64,000 bases of DNA from Nitrospirales bacterium (GCA_965203295.1 CBDBCZ010000019.1:1856001-1920000), one strand, 5' to 3'; counted from the stretch's first letter, positions 20,428 through 32,224 are shown. Program-made: numbers and translations. The notes: generated from the letters alone by a model not told the origin.

Positions 20428-21869
20428 CGTGTCTCATCTTCCTGTTCGTCGCCGGGTGTGGAAATCCCATAGCGTTTACATTTTTCCCATAAGGCTTTTC
20501 GGGATAATCCAAGAAGTTTCGAACTCAGCGTTTTGCTCCAATTGGTCCGATTGAGGACCTCAATAATATACTCTGTCTCAAAACGTTCTCGAGCTTCTGC
20601 AAGGTTTTGCAACTTTTCACTAGAAAGCTTTTTCCCACTCAATCCCTCCTGACAGAAGCCACAACTCGAATTGCCTGCCCCACCTAAAAAGGGACAGCCA
20701 TTTTGCCCGCAAAGATCCCACACTTGAATTTCTTCGCGAGCCTGAGCCAGGGCCACGGCCCGTTCGATGGTGTTTTCGAGCTCCCGAACGTTTCCAGGAA
20801 ACGAATACCGAAGCAACAATTCACGGGCTTGCTGAGAAAATGATTTGACATGGTGGTTAAACCTTGTTGAACACTTACCCAACATATTGTCCGACAGAAC
20901 TAAAATATCTTCTCTTCGTTCACGGAGTGGCGGCAATATCACCGGAACCACATTCAATCGATAATATAAATCCTCTCGAAAATTTCCATTTGCAACTTCC
21001 TTTTTCAAATCTTTTTGTGTCGCACAAACAAGACGGACATCGCATTCGATTGTTTCATTTCCACCGACACGCTCAAACTGCCGTTCCTGCAACACGCGCA
21101 AAAGCTTGACTTGCACGACCGGGGAAATCTCCCCGATTTCATCAAGAAATAGAGTCCCTTTATGCGCTAATTCAAATCTACCTATCCGCTGCCGTAAGGC
21201 TCCAGTAAAGGCCCCTTTCTCATGGCCGAACAATTCCGCCTCCAGTAAAGTTTCTGGGAGCGCCGCACAACTGACCTTAATAAGGGCATGGGTATGCCGA
21301 GGACTGTTTCGGTGAATGGCGTTTGCCACAATTTCTTTTCCTGTCCCACTTTCTCCGACGATGAGGACGGTGGCGTCGGTCGTGGATATCAATTTAATTT
21401 TTTCCAAAACCTCCCGCATCCGCTCATTTTTTCCAACAATTCCGTCGTAGATGAATTTTCCCTCTAGCTCCTGTCGGAGTTCCTGATTTTCTTGTCGCAA
21501 ATCAATCACTTGTGTCGCCCGATCAACAGTCAAAAGCAATTCATCCATGGAAAAGGGCTTCGTGATATAGTCATGGGCTCCAAATTTCATTGCCTGAACC
21601 GCCGTATCGACCGATCCATGTGCGGTAATCACGATGACTTCCGTTCCAGGAGAATGCTGTTTGCAGGCTTGGACAACCGCGATCCCATCACTCCCCGGCA
21701 GCCGAAGGTCCGTAATAACCACATCAAATCGACCTATTTTGACCTTATCAATTCCCTCGGTACCCGTGGAGGCTTCATGCACAATATAGCCAACTGCTTT
21801 AAGAGCATCCAAAATGGAAAGTCGCATAAGGGGTTCATCATCGACAATGAGTATTTCTCGTGAAGTCAT
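20424..21869 (-). CDS. NtrC-family sigma54-dependent response regulator
   Basis: Receiver (VDDE, TD, KPF), GESGTGKE, GAFTGA, FPGNVRELEN, Fis-type HTH; Cys-rich insert before the HTH. Confidence 0.95.
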   Translation of the reverse strand: MTSREILIVDDEPLMRLSILDALKAVGYIVHEASTGTEGIDKVKIGRFDVVITDLRLPGSDGIAVVQACKQHSPGTEVIVITAHGSVDTAVQAMKFGAHDYITKPFSMDELLLTVDRATQVIDLRQENQELRQELEGKFIYDGIVGKNERMREVLEKIKLISTTDATVLIVGESGTGKEIVANAIHRNSPRHTHALIKVSCAALPETLLEAELFGHEKGAFTGALRQRIGRFELAHKGTLFLDEIGEISPVVQVKLLRVLQERQFERVGGNETIECDVRLVCATQKDLKKEVANGNFREDLYYRLNVVPVILPPLRERREDILVLSDNMLGKCSTRFNHHVKSFSQQARELLLRYSFPGNVRELENTIERAVALAQAREEIQVWDLCGQNGCPFLGGAGNSSCGFCQEGLSGKKLSSEKLQNLAEARERFETEYIIEVLNRTNWSKTLSSKLLGLSRKALWEKCKRYGISTPGDEQEDETR

Positions 21870-24800
21870 TGTACACTCGCGACGGTTAATCGACCGGCCC
21901 CAATGGGTAGACGAACGGTAAACACCGTTCCCTCTCCTACTTCGCTTTCTACCAACAATTGACCGCCATGTCGCTCAACAATACCCAGACTGACCGACAA
22001 TCCCAGTCCGGTCCCCTCCCCTGTGCGTTTGGTCGTAAAGAAAGGATCGAAGATATGGGGACGGATTTCAGGAGGAATGCCCGAGCCTGTGTCTGCTACC
22101 TCGACTTCACAAGCCTCTCCACATCTTCTGATCTTAATGGAAATCTTTCCCCCCTCTGATGTGGCCTGGACCGCATTCAGAATAAGGTTCATGAGCACCT
22201 GCTCAATCATATGAGGATCAACAAAAATGGGAGGCAAATCTGCCTCATACTCCTTTATTAAGGTCAAATTTTTCTCCAAGATTTTGTGGTCGGTCAGCAC
22301 AAAAACACGGTCGGCGATAATATGGAGGTCACTCTTAGTGAGCTCCGGTTCATGCTGTTGAGAGAAGTCAAGTAATTGACGAACAATTTTTTGAGCTCGT
22401 CGCAGCCCATCTTCCATAAATCGTAGATACTCCTCCTGCCTGCCATGAGTGAGTGTGCCTTTGCGAATATTGTACAGGCAGTTCAAAATCCCCCCAAGAG
22501 GATTATTAATTTCATGGGCCACACCTGCTGCTAATTTTCCTACTGAGGCTAATCGTTCGGTATTACGAAATTGCTGCTCCAGATTCTTTCGGTCGGTAAT
22601 GTCTCGCGCAATGCCCAACATACCAGATATTGCCCCTTGGGCATTTTGAAGTGGGGACACGCTTACCAACACCGCCCGTGCTTCACCAGATCGGCTCACA
22701 AATTCCACTTCATACTCCTGCTTACCCTCAATGTCCAAGGTATCTTTCAATCGCCGACCTCGGTGCCGTTTGGCCAATAAGGAAAGGTAAGGTCGGCCAA
22801 TAAGGTCCTCTTTCTGGTAGCCCCAAATGGCGACTTTGCTATTCACATAGGTGAATCGTTGGTCATGATCCAGGGTGTAAATGACATCATTCGCGTTTTC
22901 CAGAAGGCTTTCTAAATACTGTTTCGTTTGTTGGATTTCTTTGGTTCGTTCCTGAACCCGTTCTTCTAAATCCTCGCTATGTTTCTGAAGTTGCTCTTCC
23001 ATGCGCTTCCGTTCAGCAATATCACGAAGTTGAACCATAACTGAAGGAACTGGTTCATTCGAAACACGGATTAAATCCATTTCTACAGCCCGGATCGCCT
23101 TGTCGGCATCATGAACAAGAAGCTCAGCCGTCGGGACCTTCTCCTCTCCAGTCACTACCTGACCTAGGCACTCATGAACCAGCTCATGGTAAGGTTCAGC
23201 AATAACGTCAAACAGCGAGGAGTTCACTAAATCGACTTCTGGATGACCCAAGACTTCCCGCTCTCGTTCATTCACCGCTGTAATGTTCCCATCAGGGTCA
23301 ACCATGAGGATAGAATCCGCAGCTCGATTAAAAAGGACGCGATACTGCTGCTCGGATTGAGAAAGTTGTTGAGTTTGTTCGGCGACCTCATGTTCGAGAT
23401 GAGTCGTATAACGCAGAATTTGCTGCTGGAACATTTTCCGTTCGGTAATATCTCTGACGAACGCCCTCGTATGAATCAGTTCTCCGGATTCAGGATCCAT
23501 GAGGGTCGTCGAGTGAATTTCCACGTCAATGAGAATGCGGTCTCTGGTCACAAAGACGGTTTCGATCGTATGTTGGCCAGGAAGGGGAAGGCGTTCAATA
23601 TAATTCAAGACCTCTGCCTTTTTATCATCAAGAACAATGTCTAACAGATGCATAGCCAACATTTCTTCTAGGGTATACCCAAGCTTGTCCAACTCCGTTT
23701 TATTCACATGCACGAACCGACCAACTTTATCGATTTGATGGATCATTTCAGGTGAGTTCTCGATCAAATCTCGGTACTTTCCTTCCAAAAGACGGATCTC
23801 TCCCATCTGGTCATTCAGTTGAGCAAAGGATTGCTTCAGATTCACCGCCATCTTGTTAAACGCATTGGCTAACCCTTCCACTTCATCACCTGTTGAAATG
23901 GTCAACTGCAGATCTAAATTTCCCCTTCCGATGCGTTGAACACCGTCATGAAGGGACTGAATCGGTTGAACAATTTTGCGAGCAACGATAAGCCCCGCTA
24001 CCCAAAGAATGGCAAAGACGACGACCCCGTATGCTGTCACTTTCACCAGCAATTGGTTGAGGGGCGCATAGGTTTCTGCCGGATCTTGGCGAACAAACGT
24101 GACCCATTGCTTTCCCCCAAAACTCTCAGGTGCCAAATTGCCGCCAAATCGCAAATGGGCAAATCCCACGAGTGAATCCCAAGCGCCGTGTGAATCTTGG
24201 CTCGCATGTACCCATCCAGAGGGCATTGTATTGACAGCCTGCACCAGAGGTTCACGAATCGTATGCTCTTCCAGGGAGAGTAACGGGCATATCAAGGGGG
24301 TCCCATCCAACGCCATCAACATGGCATGCCCCGTGGCACCAACAGTTACCTCTGAAATTGACCGGAACAGGGAATCCCGACGGAGCAAAATACTGATCGC
24401 GCCAACAGCCTCATCCAAACGTTCATTGAAAATAGGGACAGCGACTGTCAGAACATGCGTGCCGTAGGAAGGATCAAAGAAAAGATCGCTGACGTAGGTC
24501 TGTCTGCGTCCCCCATGAAAAACCGCGCGCCACCATTGCGCATCACCATGGTAAAATCTCACTTGCGGACGAGAGCTATGGACTAATGCGCCCTGATTGT
24601 CCGTCACTAAGATAGCTAAGTAATCAGCTTTACGAATCTCATGCCAATCAATTAAATAATTCGTGGCAATTCGGTTGATAAAAACCGGAAATTCATCAGG
24701 ATACTGTCGTTCCCGCCACTGCTTTTGCCACTCCTGAATGAAAGCCTCGATTTCCCCGTGATTTTTACCTTCATAACTCCTATTAGCATCCATAACCGCC

Positions 24801-25060
24801 CCACGGATAAACGGGATCGTTGCCAATTGCTGGGCCTCATTAATACCACGGATGACCTGGGTTTCAACTTTTCTCGCGACTTCAACTGCAATACCCTTGA
24901 AGTTCGATCCAATGGTTTCCCTCAAGGCCCTCCGTTCCTCTAAGTAAGTCAGGAGAAGAGAGAGGAGCACGGGAAGTAGTCCGACTAAGACCATTCCAAT
25001 AACGATCTTACGCTTAATGCTGGGTGACCACTTGAACCGTTTCATTTTGGTAACATGCAA
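21866..25060 (-). CDS. Sensor histidine kinase (Cache-like periplasmic domain, HAMP, three PAS)
   Basis: Two TM segments, HAMP ([14 protein letters not shown]), three PAS/PAC repeats, [20 protein letters not shown]; 4-nt overlap with the regulator. Confidence 0.95.
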   Translation of the reverse strand: MHVTKMKRFKWSPSIKRKIVIGMVLVGLLPVLLSLLLTYLEERRALRETIGSNFKGIAVEVARKVETQVIRGINEAQQLATIPFIRGAVMDANRSYEGKNHGEIEAFIQEWQKQWRERQYPDEFPVFINRIATNYLIDWHEIRKADYLAILVTDNQGALVHSSRPQVRFYHGDAQWWRAVFHGGRRQTYVSDLFFDPSYGTHVLTVAVPIFNERLDEAVGAISILLRRDSLFRSISEVTVGATGHAMLMALDGTPLICPLLSLEEHTIREPLVQAVNTMPSGWVHASQDSHGAWDSLVGFAHLRFGGNLAPESFGGKQWVTFVRQDPAETYAPLNQLLVKVTAYGVVVFAILWVAGLIVARKIVQPIQSLHDGVQRIGRGNLDLQLTISTGDEVEGLANAFNKMAVNLKQSFAQLNDQMGEIRLLEGKYRDLIENSPEMIHQIDKVGRFVHVNKTELDKLGYTLEEMLAMHLLDIVLDDKKAEVLNYIERLPLPGQHTIETVFVTRDRILIDVEIHSTTLMDPESGELIHTRAFVRDITERKMFQQQILRYTTHLEHEVAEQTQQLSQSEQQYRVLFNRAADSILMVDPDGNITAVNEREREVLGHPEVDLVNSSLFDVIAEPYHELVHECLGQVVTGEEKVPTAELLVHDADKAIRAVEMDLIRVSNEPVPSVMVQLRDIAERKRMEEQLQKHSEDLEERVQERTKEIQQTKQYLESLLENANDVIYTLDHDQRFTYVNSKVAIWGYQKEDLIGRPYLSLLAKRHRGRRLKDTLDIEGKQEYEVEFVSRSGEARAVLVSVSPLQNAQGAISGMLGIARDITDRKNLEQQFRNTERLASVGKLAAGVAHEINNPLGGILNCLYNIRKGTLTHGRQEEYLRFMEDGLRRAQKIVRQLLDFSQQHEPELTKSDLHIIADRVFVLTDHKILEKNLTLIKEYEADLPPIFVDPHMIEQVLMNLILNAVQATSEGGKISIKIRRCGEACEVEVADTGSGIPPEIRPHIFDPFFTTKRTGEGTGLGLSVSLGIVERHGGQLLVESEVGEGTVFTVRLPIGAGRLTVASVQ

Positions 25061-25098
25061 AATCTAACGGTTTTTATAACTTGTTAATTTATAAAGAT

Positions 25099-25127
25099 AT
25101 TCTGTCGATACGCTCTTCGGTTGTCAA
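25099..25127 (-). promoter_or_regulatory. Possible sigma70 promoter of the two-component system
   Basis: TTGACA-17 nt-CAGAAT. Confidence 0.5.
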
Positions 25128-25152
25128 GAAGAGGTAACGTGCGGAAGTGGGG

Positions 25153-26073
25153 TCAACGGCCTCGGCTCAGGAGACGCCCTTGAGAACCAGGCCAAATGAT
25201 CAGGAGGGGGCTTGCGACAAAGACCGATGAGTAGGTCCCTATAATGACACCTAACAGCAAAGCGAGTGCAAAATCGTGGAGGACTTCTCCTCCAAAAATG
25301 GTTAAGGGAATTAATACCAAGACCACGGTAATGGTGGTAATCAACGTTCGACTTAACACCTGGTTGATGCCGTTATTGATGATGGTAGAAATAGGATCTC
25401 GTCGACGACCACGAAGGTTTTCTCGGATTCGATCAAACACCACGACTGTATCCGTCAGTGAATATCCAGCAAGGGTCAGCAAAGCCGTGACGACTAACAG
25501 AGTAATTTCTCTATCCAAGATATGGTAAATACCGAGAACCGCTAAGACATCGTGGAAGATGGCGACAGCAGCGGCCACGCCAAAACGGAGTTCAAAACGG
25601 GAAGCAACGTAAATAATGATTCCAATGAGAGAGATAGTGATCGCAATCAGGGCATCTTGTTGCAATCGTTTCCCAATCGTTGGCCCAATGGAGGTACTCG
25701 AATCCACGACAAAGGTAAAATCTCGGAATTCCTCTTGAAACACTTGAACAATTTTCTCAGCAATACTCTCTTCAATGGTCGTCCCGGTCTTCACCCTCAC
25801 TAACAATTTATTGTCTTGGGTAAATTCTTGAAGTTCAGCATCCCCCAATCCTCGACCCGCTAGAGCCTTCCTCGCTTCTTCAATCTGAATGGGTTTATCG
25901 AATTTTAGTTGGACCGCGGTTCCACCAACAAAATCAATTCCGAGGTTCGCCGTCCCCCACCCGATTTGAAGAAGAGCGATAATCCCCAGAAAAACCAGCA
26001 GGCCAGAAAAAGCAAAGGCCATGTTCCTCTTGCTCATAAAATCAATGTTCGTTTTTCCAAGGATTTCAAACAT
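25153..26073 (-). CDS. secF: Protein translocase subunit SecF
   Basis: LGIDFVGG, GYSLTDTVVVFDRIREN, GTYSS. Confidence 0.97.
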   Translation of the reverse strand: MFEILGKTNIDFMSKRNMAFAFSGLLVFLGIIALLQIGWGTANLGIDFVGGTAVQLKFDKPIQIEEARKALAGRGLGDAELQEFTQDNKLLVRVKTGTTIEESIAEKIVQVFQEEFRDFTFVVDSSTSIGPTIGKRLQQDALIAITISLIGIIIYVASRFELRFGVAAAVAIFHDVLAVLGIYHILDREITLLVVTALLTLAGYSLTDTVVVFDRIRENLRGRRRDPISTIINNGINQVLSRTLITTITVVLVLIPLTIFGGEVLHDFALALLLGVIIGTYSSVFVASPLLIIWPGSQGRLLSRGR

Positions 26074-26105
26074 AACTCTTTTTCCTCAAGATGAACCAGA
26101 AGAGA

Positions 26106-27743
26106 TCAAATGCTCAGAGTCTGGAGCTTTTGGCGATTGATGATATCGAATACGACTTTCGTTCCCACCAACGCGGTGAATAAATTGATCGTAATACCCA
26201 AGCACAGAGTGACAGCAAATCCTTTAATCGGTCCCGTTCCAAAGAGAAATAGGGCTAATCCAGTAATGAGAGTGGTCACGTGAGAGTCCACAATGGTCAG
26301 AAACGCCTTTTCATAGCCACTATCAACCGCCAAACGAACAGACTGGCCTTGACGGAGTTCCTCCCGAATTCGCTCAAAAATCAGCACATTGGAATCCACA
26401 CCCATACCAATGGTAAGAATGATGCCCGCTATTCCAGGCAAGGTTAACGTCGCATTCAGTCCTGAAAGAGCTCCTAACAAGGCAAGCAGGTTCAAGGCTA
26501 TGGCGAAATCCGCGATGACACCGGACAAACGATAGTACACGACCATAAAGACAATGACCAATACTGCAGCGATCAACATAGAGTTGAAGCCTTTTTCAAT
26601 AGAATCCTTTCCCAATGAGGGTCCTACTGTTAAGTCCTGAAGCGTTTTCATAGGAGCTGGAAGGGCCCCAGCCCGAAGAACGATCGCCAGATCATTGGCT
26701 TCTTCAGTCGTAAACGACCCTATGATTTGGGCACGCCCTCCACTTATTCGTTCATTGATAACCGGAGCAGAATAGACGGTATTATCGAGAACAATGGCCA
26801 TCCGCTTTCCCACATTGGCTTGAGTTATGCGATCAAATTCCCTCGCACCTTTACTATCAAACGTGAGGGAAACGTAGGGCTCATTAAAATCACCAATAGA
26901 AACCCTCGCATCTTGCAAGACATCCCCTGTCAGCACGGCTCCTTGTCTTACTAAATAGGGACTGCTATAGGCTGTCTTGCCCTCCTCCACAGGAAAATGT
27001 TCAAAGAGGATCTCAGACTCTTCCGGTAAACGCCCTTCAAAATCCTCCAAGACGGTCTTTTCTTGGCCCCTTTCCACCTGAGGAGGAAGCTTCAATCTTA
27101 CTTCACTGGTTTCGTCCAGCATCTTGAATTCAAGAAGGGCTGTGTCTTGAATGAGAGACTTAGCACGTTTGGGGTCTTTGACGCCGGGTAATTGAACAAC
27201 CAATTGGGTACGTCCCTGCCGCTGGATTAGTGGTTCTGCCACCCCGAACTGATCGATTCGATTTCGGATCGTTTCTAAGGCTTGGTTCATCGCGGAATTT
27301 TTTATCCGATCAATCTCTGAACTTCTGAGTTCATACAGTAATTCATTTCCTTCCCCTGATTCTTTGACAAAAGAAGGAAAGGCTTCATCGAGTTCCTTGG
27401 CAACTTGATCAAGTAGACCTGAATCGGAAATCACCACATGAACCTTTGTCGAATCCACCCGTTTCACTTCATCCAGGGCAATATCCTTATCCACAAACAG
27501 ATCCTGAACTGCTCTGGCAGTTCGGTCCACTGCGATTTCTACGGCGCGTTTTTCCTCAACTTCCAAAACGAGATGGATTCCACCTTGCAAGTCCAATCCG
27601 AGAGCTATTCCTCGCTCCGGAAGGACGATCTTCACCCAACCAGGCAGTTGCCTATAGAACTCTGGCCAAGAAGGGAAGGACAAGAGGATAGAAACCAGCG
27701 CAAGCATGAAAAGCGCAAAAAGCCGGACACCAACTTTTTTCAT
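26106..27743 (-). CDS. secD: Protein translocase subunit SecD
   Basis: LGLDLQGG, RNRIDQFGVAEP, LRAGALPAP, VDSNVLIFERIREE. Confidence 0.97.
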   Translation of the reverse strand: MKKVGVRLFALFMLALVSILLSFPSWPEFYRQLPGWVKIVLPERGIALGLDLQGGIHLVLEVEEKRAVEIAVDRTARAVQDLFVDKDIALDEVKRVDSTKVHVVISDSGLLDQVAKELDEAFPSFVKESGEGNELLYELRSSEIDRIKNSAMNQALETIRNRIDQFGVAEPLIQRQGRTQLVVQLPGVKDPKRAKSLIQDTALLEFKMLDETSEVRLKLPPQVERGQEKTVLEDFEGRLPEESEILFEHFPVEEGKTAYSSPYLVRQGAVLTGDVLQDARVSIGDFNEPYVSLTFDSKGAREFDRITQANVGKRMAIVLDNTVYSAPVINERISGGRAQIIGSFTTEEANDLAIVLRAGALPAPMKTLQDLTVGPSLGKDSIEKGFNSMLIAAVLVIVFMVVYYRLSGVIADFAIALNLLALLGALSGLNATLTLPGIAGIILTIGMGVDSNVLIFERIREELRQGQSVRLAVDSGYEKAFLTIVDSHVTTLITGLALFLFGTGPIKGFAVTLCLGITINLFTALVGTKVVFDIINRQKLQTLSI

Positions 27744-27761
27744 TCAGGATGTCTCCACAAT

Positions 27762-28088
27762 CTATTTTTCATCACTGGGTCGCAACCGAGCAATATTATC
27801 CCGCTGGATTCTGATCTTCGTATTATCGGCAATCTGTATCGTCGCGGTTTCTTTATCTAAGTTGGTAATGGTTCCCCAAATACCCGAAGAGGTGATAATT
27901 TTGTCCCCCTTTTTAAGTGCATTCAGCATTTCCTTTTGCTGCTTTTTACTGCGCTGCTGTGGCAAGATCAATAAGAAATAAAAAATGACAAAAATCAGTA
28001 AGAAAGGCACAAAGGAAAGAAGAGGGGATGAGCTTTCTGCCCCACCATTTCCTGCCTGTGCCCATGCTAACGATGAAGCTAAGAGCAT
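27762..28088 (-). CDS. yajC: Preprotein translocase subunit YajC
   Basis: FYFLLILPQQ, LKKGDKIITSSGIWG; tgt-yajC-secD-secF order. Confidence 0.95.
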   Translation of the reverse strand: MLLASSLAWAQAGNGGAESSSPLLSFVPFLLIFVIFYFLLILPQQRSKKQQKEMLNALKKGDKIITSSGIWGTITNLDKETATIQIADNTKIRIQRDNIARLRPSDEK

Positions 28089-29278
28089 TCTTCACTCCCT
28101 TTTAATTCAGAAGAAATTTGGTGGCGATTTCTAGACCCGATACTGACCATGGATGCATTCATTGGAGCGGAAGAAGACTCTCTCCTGTTTTCATAAAAGC
28201 GTGCCTGAAATTCCCGAAGACGGTTTTCTCGGATAGCCAAACGAAGTTGAGCCATGAGATTGGCATAAAACCACAGATTATGGAGGGTATTCAGCCTAGA
28301 TCCGAGCATTTCATTTGAGACGAATAAATGCCGGAGGTAAGCACGGGAATACCGGCTACAGACAGGGCATCCACACTGAGGGTCAATTGGAGAATCATCA
28401 CGAGCATATTGAGCATTTTTTATGAGGACACGGCCAGTTGTTGTAAATAGCCATCCTGTCCTCCCATGCCTGCTCGGGATCACACAATCAAACAAATCAA
28501 TGCCGTGATAGACCCCCTCCACTAAATCTTCTGGCAACCCAACACCCATCAGGTACCGTGGTTTATCCTTGGGGAGCTCGTTTACGGTACCCTCGATAAT
28601 AGCAAACATCCTCGTTTTCTCTTCCCCGAGAGAAAGTCCGCCAAGTGCATATCCATCAAAGCCGATGTTGACGAGTTCTTGTGCAGCGTGCCGACGTAGA
28701 TTTTCCTCAAGGCCACCTTGAATAATGCCAAACAAAGCCTGATCGCTACCTCCAACCATCTTCAGACAACGTTGGGCCCATCGAGTACTTCGAAGGACAG
28801 CCGTGCGAGCTTGCTCAAACGTGCAAGGATAAGGAGGACATTCGTCCAAGACCATCATGATATCAGACTTCAACGAAAGCTGGATTTCCATACAGAGCTC
28901 GGGAGTCAAATGGTGAAGCGATCCATCCAAGTGCGACTTAAAACAGACGCCTTCGTCGGTCACCTTACAAAAATTCCCAAGGCTGACCACTTGAAAACCT
29001 CCACTGTCGGTTAGCACCGCACCAGACCAGCCAGTAAACTGATGCAACCCACCTTGCTCGGCAATCAGTTGATGACCAGGACGCAAATATAAATGGTAGG
29101 CATTGCTCAACATGATATTGAATCCACAGGCCTGCAATTCTTCTGCACCGATACCTTTCACTGTTCCCAAGGAACCCACTGGCATAAAAGCAGGGGTATC
29201 CACAGCCGCATGAAGAGTCTTCAGCAGGCCAACTCGAGCAGCCCCTGAGCTATCGGTATGTGTCACAGAAAAACTCAT
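28079..29278 (-). CDS. tgt: tRNA-guanine transglycosylase
   Basis: TPAFMPVG, TDSGGFQ, GIIQGG, RYLMGVG, C-x-C-x-x-C zinc site. Confidence 0.97.
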   Translation of the reverse strand: MSFSVTHTDSSGAARVGLLKTLHAAVDTPAFMPVGSLGTVKGIGAEELQACGFNIMLSNAYHLYLRPGHQLIAEQGGLHQFTGWSGAVLTDSGGFQVVSLGNFCKVTDEGVCFKSHLDGSLHHLTPELCMEIQLSLKSDIMMVLDECPPYPCTFEQARTAVLRSTRWAQRCLKMVGGSDQALFGIIQGGLEENLRRHAAQELVNIGFDGYALGGLSLGEEKTRMFAIIEGTVNELPKDKPRYLMGVGLPEDLVEGVYHGIDLFDCVIPSRHGRTGWLFTTTGRVLIKNAQYARDDSPIDPQCGCPVCSRYSRAYLRHLFVSNEMLGSRLNTLHNLWFYANLMAQLRLAIRENRLREFQARFYENRRESSSAPMNASMVSIGSRNRHQISSELKGSEECS

Positions 29279-29304
29279 TATGAAACCGAGCAGACTTCAC
29301 CACG

Positions 29305-31068
29305 TTACATTTTTTCTGGAGTTGACACGCCAAGAAGTCTCAATCCATTTCGAATCACAGTCTGAACCTGGCGTAGCAGAACTAATCGAGCTGCGGTGAC
29401 CTGAAGTGAAAGCGTTTCTGAACCTTGGGAAGATTCTCGGGTTGTCTCTTCCATCATTCCACCACCCTCTTCATCGCACTCTCCCCCATCACGTGGTGGA
29501 AGCACACAATATTTGTAATAAAAAGCATGAAGGAGTGCAGCCAGTTCTTGCAGATAAAAGATGACCCGATGTGGTTCCAGAGCCCGTGCACACCCAAAAA
29601 CCATGGCAGGATATTGGGACAGGCATTTGATCAGACGAAGCTCTTCAGCCTTTTCCAAAAAAGTCAGATCGGCCTCCTGAACCGACGGTACCGTCAACCC
29701 TCTTTCCTCGGCATTTCGAAAAAGACTCGCAAGTCTGGCATAAGCATATTGCACATAATACACCGGATTTTCAGCTGATTGTTTTTTTGCCAATTCCAGA
29801 TCGAAATCCAAGTGAGTATCAGCACGTCGCATGAGAAAAAAAAAGCGAGCTGCATCAGCGCTCACTTCCTCTATGACTTCCCGCAACGTGACAAACTCTC
29901 CAGCCCGTTTAGACATCTCTATCTTTTTTCCATCTCGCAGCAAACTTACCATTTGGACTAAGACCACCTGAAACCGTTCTTTGGGATGTCCAAAAGCCTG
30001 CAATGTCCCCTGAATTCTCGGAATGTAGCCATGATGGTCGGCCCCCCAAACGTTGATTAATTCATCATAGCCACGCTCAAGCTTATCCTGATGATACGCG
30101 ATATCTGTTGCTAAATAGGTATAATCTCCATCCTGTTTCAATACGACCCGATCTTTTTCATCCTGAAACTGCGTGGAACGGAACCAAAGGGCTCCATCTT
30201 TTTCAAAGACCAAATCCTTTTTCTTCAACATCTCAAGGGCGTGATGAACTTTTCCTGACGAAAAGAGCGAATTTTCACTGTACCAAACATCGAATGTCAC
30301 CCCAAAGGCATCGAGGTCTTCCTTCAGGGTTTGTAAGAGTTCCTCATAAGCCAAACGGCCACAAGTTGCTAGCGCTTTGTCAAGAGGTTGTTCCAATAAA
30401 CTCGAACCTTCCTTCTCACAAATATGCTTGGCCACAGTTCGAATATAATCCCCTTGATACCCATCATCAGGAAAGACAACGGCTTTTCCCAATAGTTCCT
30501 GGTACCGTGCAAAGACAGAGTCAGCCAACAACTTCATTTGTCGTCCAGCATCATTAATGTAAAATTCTCGTTTCACCACAAAACCGGCAGCCTGTAATAC
30601 CCTAGCCAACGCATCACCTAGTGCGGCTCCACGACCATGACCCGCATGTAAAGGGCCTGTTGGGTTGGCACTGACATATTCCAAAAGGACACTTTTCCCT
30701 TGACCCATTTCATTCCACCCATAGGCTTCGCCTTTTTCTTCAATCTCTCGTAAGACAGCAAACCAAAGCTCGCGGTGAATCGTGAAATTCAAAAAACCAG
30801 GAGCGACGACGTCCACCCGAATGATCAAGGTCGAGACGTCTCGCAAACAAGATGCAAGAAGTTCTGCCACTGCCTGAGGAGATCGCTTTTCCTCTTTGGC
30901 CAGAGCAAGTGCAATGGTTGAAGAAAAATCGCCCCATTCATCTCGCTTGGGTACTTCTATTGTAATAGGAGGGAACTTTTCACAGGTCAGCAAACCACGC
31001 ACCTTGGCTTGCTCTAAGGCTGCCCCTACCGCAACGAAGATTTGCTCTTGAACAATTCCCATAGTCAT
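29305..31068 (-). CDS. argS: Arginine--tRNA ligase
   Basis: EYVSANPTGPLHAGHGRG, WGADHHGY, MSKRAG, NPVYYVQYA, LGVSTPEKM. Confidence 0.97.
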   Translation of the reverse strand: MTMGIVQEQIFVAVGAALEQAKVRGLLTCEKFPPITIEVPKRDEWGDFSSTIALALAKEEKRSPQAVAELLASCLRDVSTLIIRVDVVAPGFLNFTIHRELWFAVLREIEEKGEAYGWNEMGQGKSVLLEYVSANPTGPLHAGHGRGAALGDALARVLQAAGFVVKREFYINDAGRQMKLLADSVFARYQELLGKAVVFPDDGYQGDYIRTVAKHICEKEGSSLLEQPLDKALATCGRLAYEELLQTLKEDLDAFGVTFDVWYSENSLFSSGKVHHALEMLKKKDLVFEKDGALWFRSTQFQDEKDRVVLKQDGDYTYLATDIAYHQDKLERGYDELINVWGADHHGYIPRIQGTLQAFGHPKERFQVVLVQMVSLLRDGKKIEMSKRAGEFVTLREVIEEVSADAARFFFLMRRADTHLDFDLELAKKQSAENPVYYVQYAYARLASLFRNAEERGLTVPSVQEADLTFLEKAEELRLIKCLSQYPAMVFGCARALEPHRVIFYLQELAALLHAFYYKYCVLPPRDGGECDEEGGGMMEETTRESSQGSETLSLQVTAARLVLLRQVQTVIRNGLRLLGVSTPEKM

Positions 31069-31124
31069 GCTGAGTCGTCCAAATCAAAAGCCATCAGAAC
31101 CTCTCCCAAATGGGGTCGGAATCT

Positions 31125-31153
31125 AGCATAGGCCCTTCAAGGCTGGCAAGCAA
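31125..31153 (-). promoter_or_regulatory. Possible sigma70 promoter of the argS operon
   Basis: TTGCTT-17 nt-TATGCT. Confidence 0.45.
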
Positions 31154-31184
31154 AGATACACTTCTCTGTTTCTGAGAAAAGTCA

Positions 31185-32219
31185 TCACCTGGGCATGGTA
31201 GCTACATGATTCATCAAGTCCTCAACCACACCGCAGATTTCATTCATAGAAAATTGTAAGCATTTCTTGGTCGAGCATTGTTGAACCTCGTCCCAATCTT
31301 GACAGTGACAGGTAGGACCTTGTAAGATCTTGACATGTTCGCCCCGTGGGCCCCATCGCGCAGGATCAGTCGGCCCAAACAATGCCAGAGTTTTTACACC
31401 AAAGGCCGCAGCCAAATGTGTCAATCCCGAATCATGGCCCACAAATACATCAACGTTGGAGAGCACCCCCGCCATTGTTCCTAGATCCTTTTCACAGACA
31501 AATTGGACAGATAGATCCATGAGTTCAACCTCAAACCGCTGCAAGGCATTCTGATCAGCCGGTCCTCCACAGACAAGGACCTTGGTGTTTGGACGACGAA
31601 CAAACCGTCTCAACAATTGAATAAGGAAATCGGAAGAACAACATTTGTGGATGCTCCCACTCCCTGGATGAACCATTATGGCACTTTCCCGGTCTTCCAA
31701 AGCGGTGAGAATTGTTTTCTCATTTCTTCCTTCATGATTATCCTTTTTAGGAATTCTTAGAGGTGTCCTTGGGGCATTGATGGAAATCCCCAAAGGATGA
31801 AGCGTTTCGAGGAATCGGTCTTCCATATGAATGGAACTTAAAGCGTTATTCACAGGAGAACAACAAAGAAGATCTTTGACACCGGCCTTTCTCATATTGA
31901 TGTTTAAGAAGCCGTTTTCCGATTTCATCCAAAATATTCCATGGGAACACCGCTGAAGAACTGATTGAACCTGCAAAGGAGATGAAGTCACCTCTCCTAA
32001 AAGAAAACCACCGATTGGTCCCTCAAGCGGCCAAAAGCTGTGAACTTCGCCACATTCATGTAAAAGTTTTCCGACGTCGTTTTGAGTCCACAAAGCCAAC
32101 TCATGGGATGGAAAAGTCTGGTGTAGGGCACGAATACCCTGGAGCGACAATACGACATCACCTAAAGAGCCAAAGTGACCGATGAGTATGACCGGAGAAG
32201 TTGACACTGAGTCAGGCAA
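31185..32219 (-). CDS. Glycosyltransferase family 9 (heptosyltransferase-like)
   Basis: GSLGDVV, HPGSG, GHDSGLTHLAAA, LFGPTDPARWGP. Confidence 0.9.
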   Translation of the reverse strand: MPDSVSTSPVILIGHFGSLGDVVLSLQGIRALHQTFPSHELALWTQNDVGKLLHECGEVHSFWPLEGPIGGFLLGEVTSSPLQVQSVLQRCSHGIFWMKSENGFLNINMRKAGVKDLLCCSPVNNALSSIHMEDRFLETLHPLGISINAPRTPLRIPKKDNHEGRNEKTILTALEDRESAIMVHPGSGSIHKCCSSDFLIQLLRRFVRRPNTKVLVCGGPADQNALQRFEVELMDLSVQFVCEKDLGTMAGVLSNVDVFVGHDSGLTHLAAAFGVKTLALFGPTDPARWGPRGEHVKILQGPTCHCQDWDEVQQCSTKKCLQFSMNEICGVVEDLMNHVATMPR

Positions 32220-32224
32220 AAAAC

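Noticed and set aside
29740..29742. ArgRS YAYAR instead of YAHAR as a damaging change
   Set aside because: Tyr occurs naturally at this position in other ArgRS proteins.
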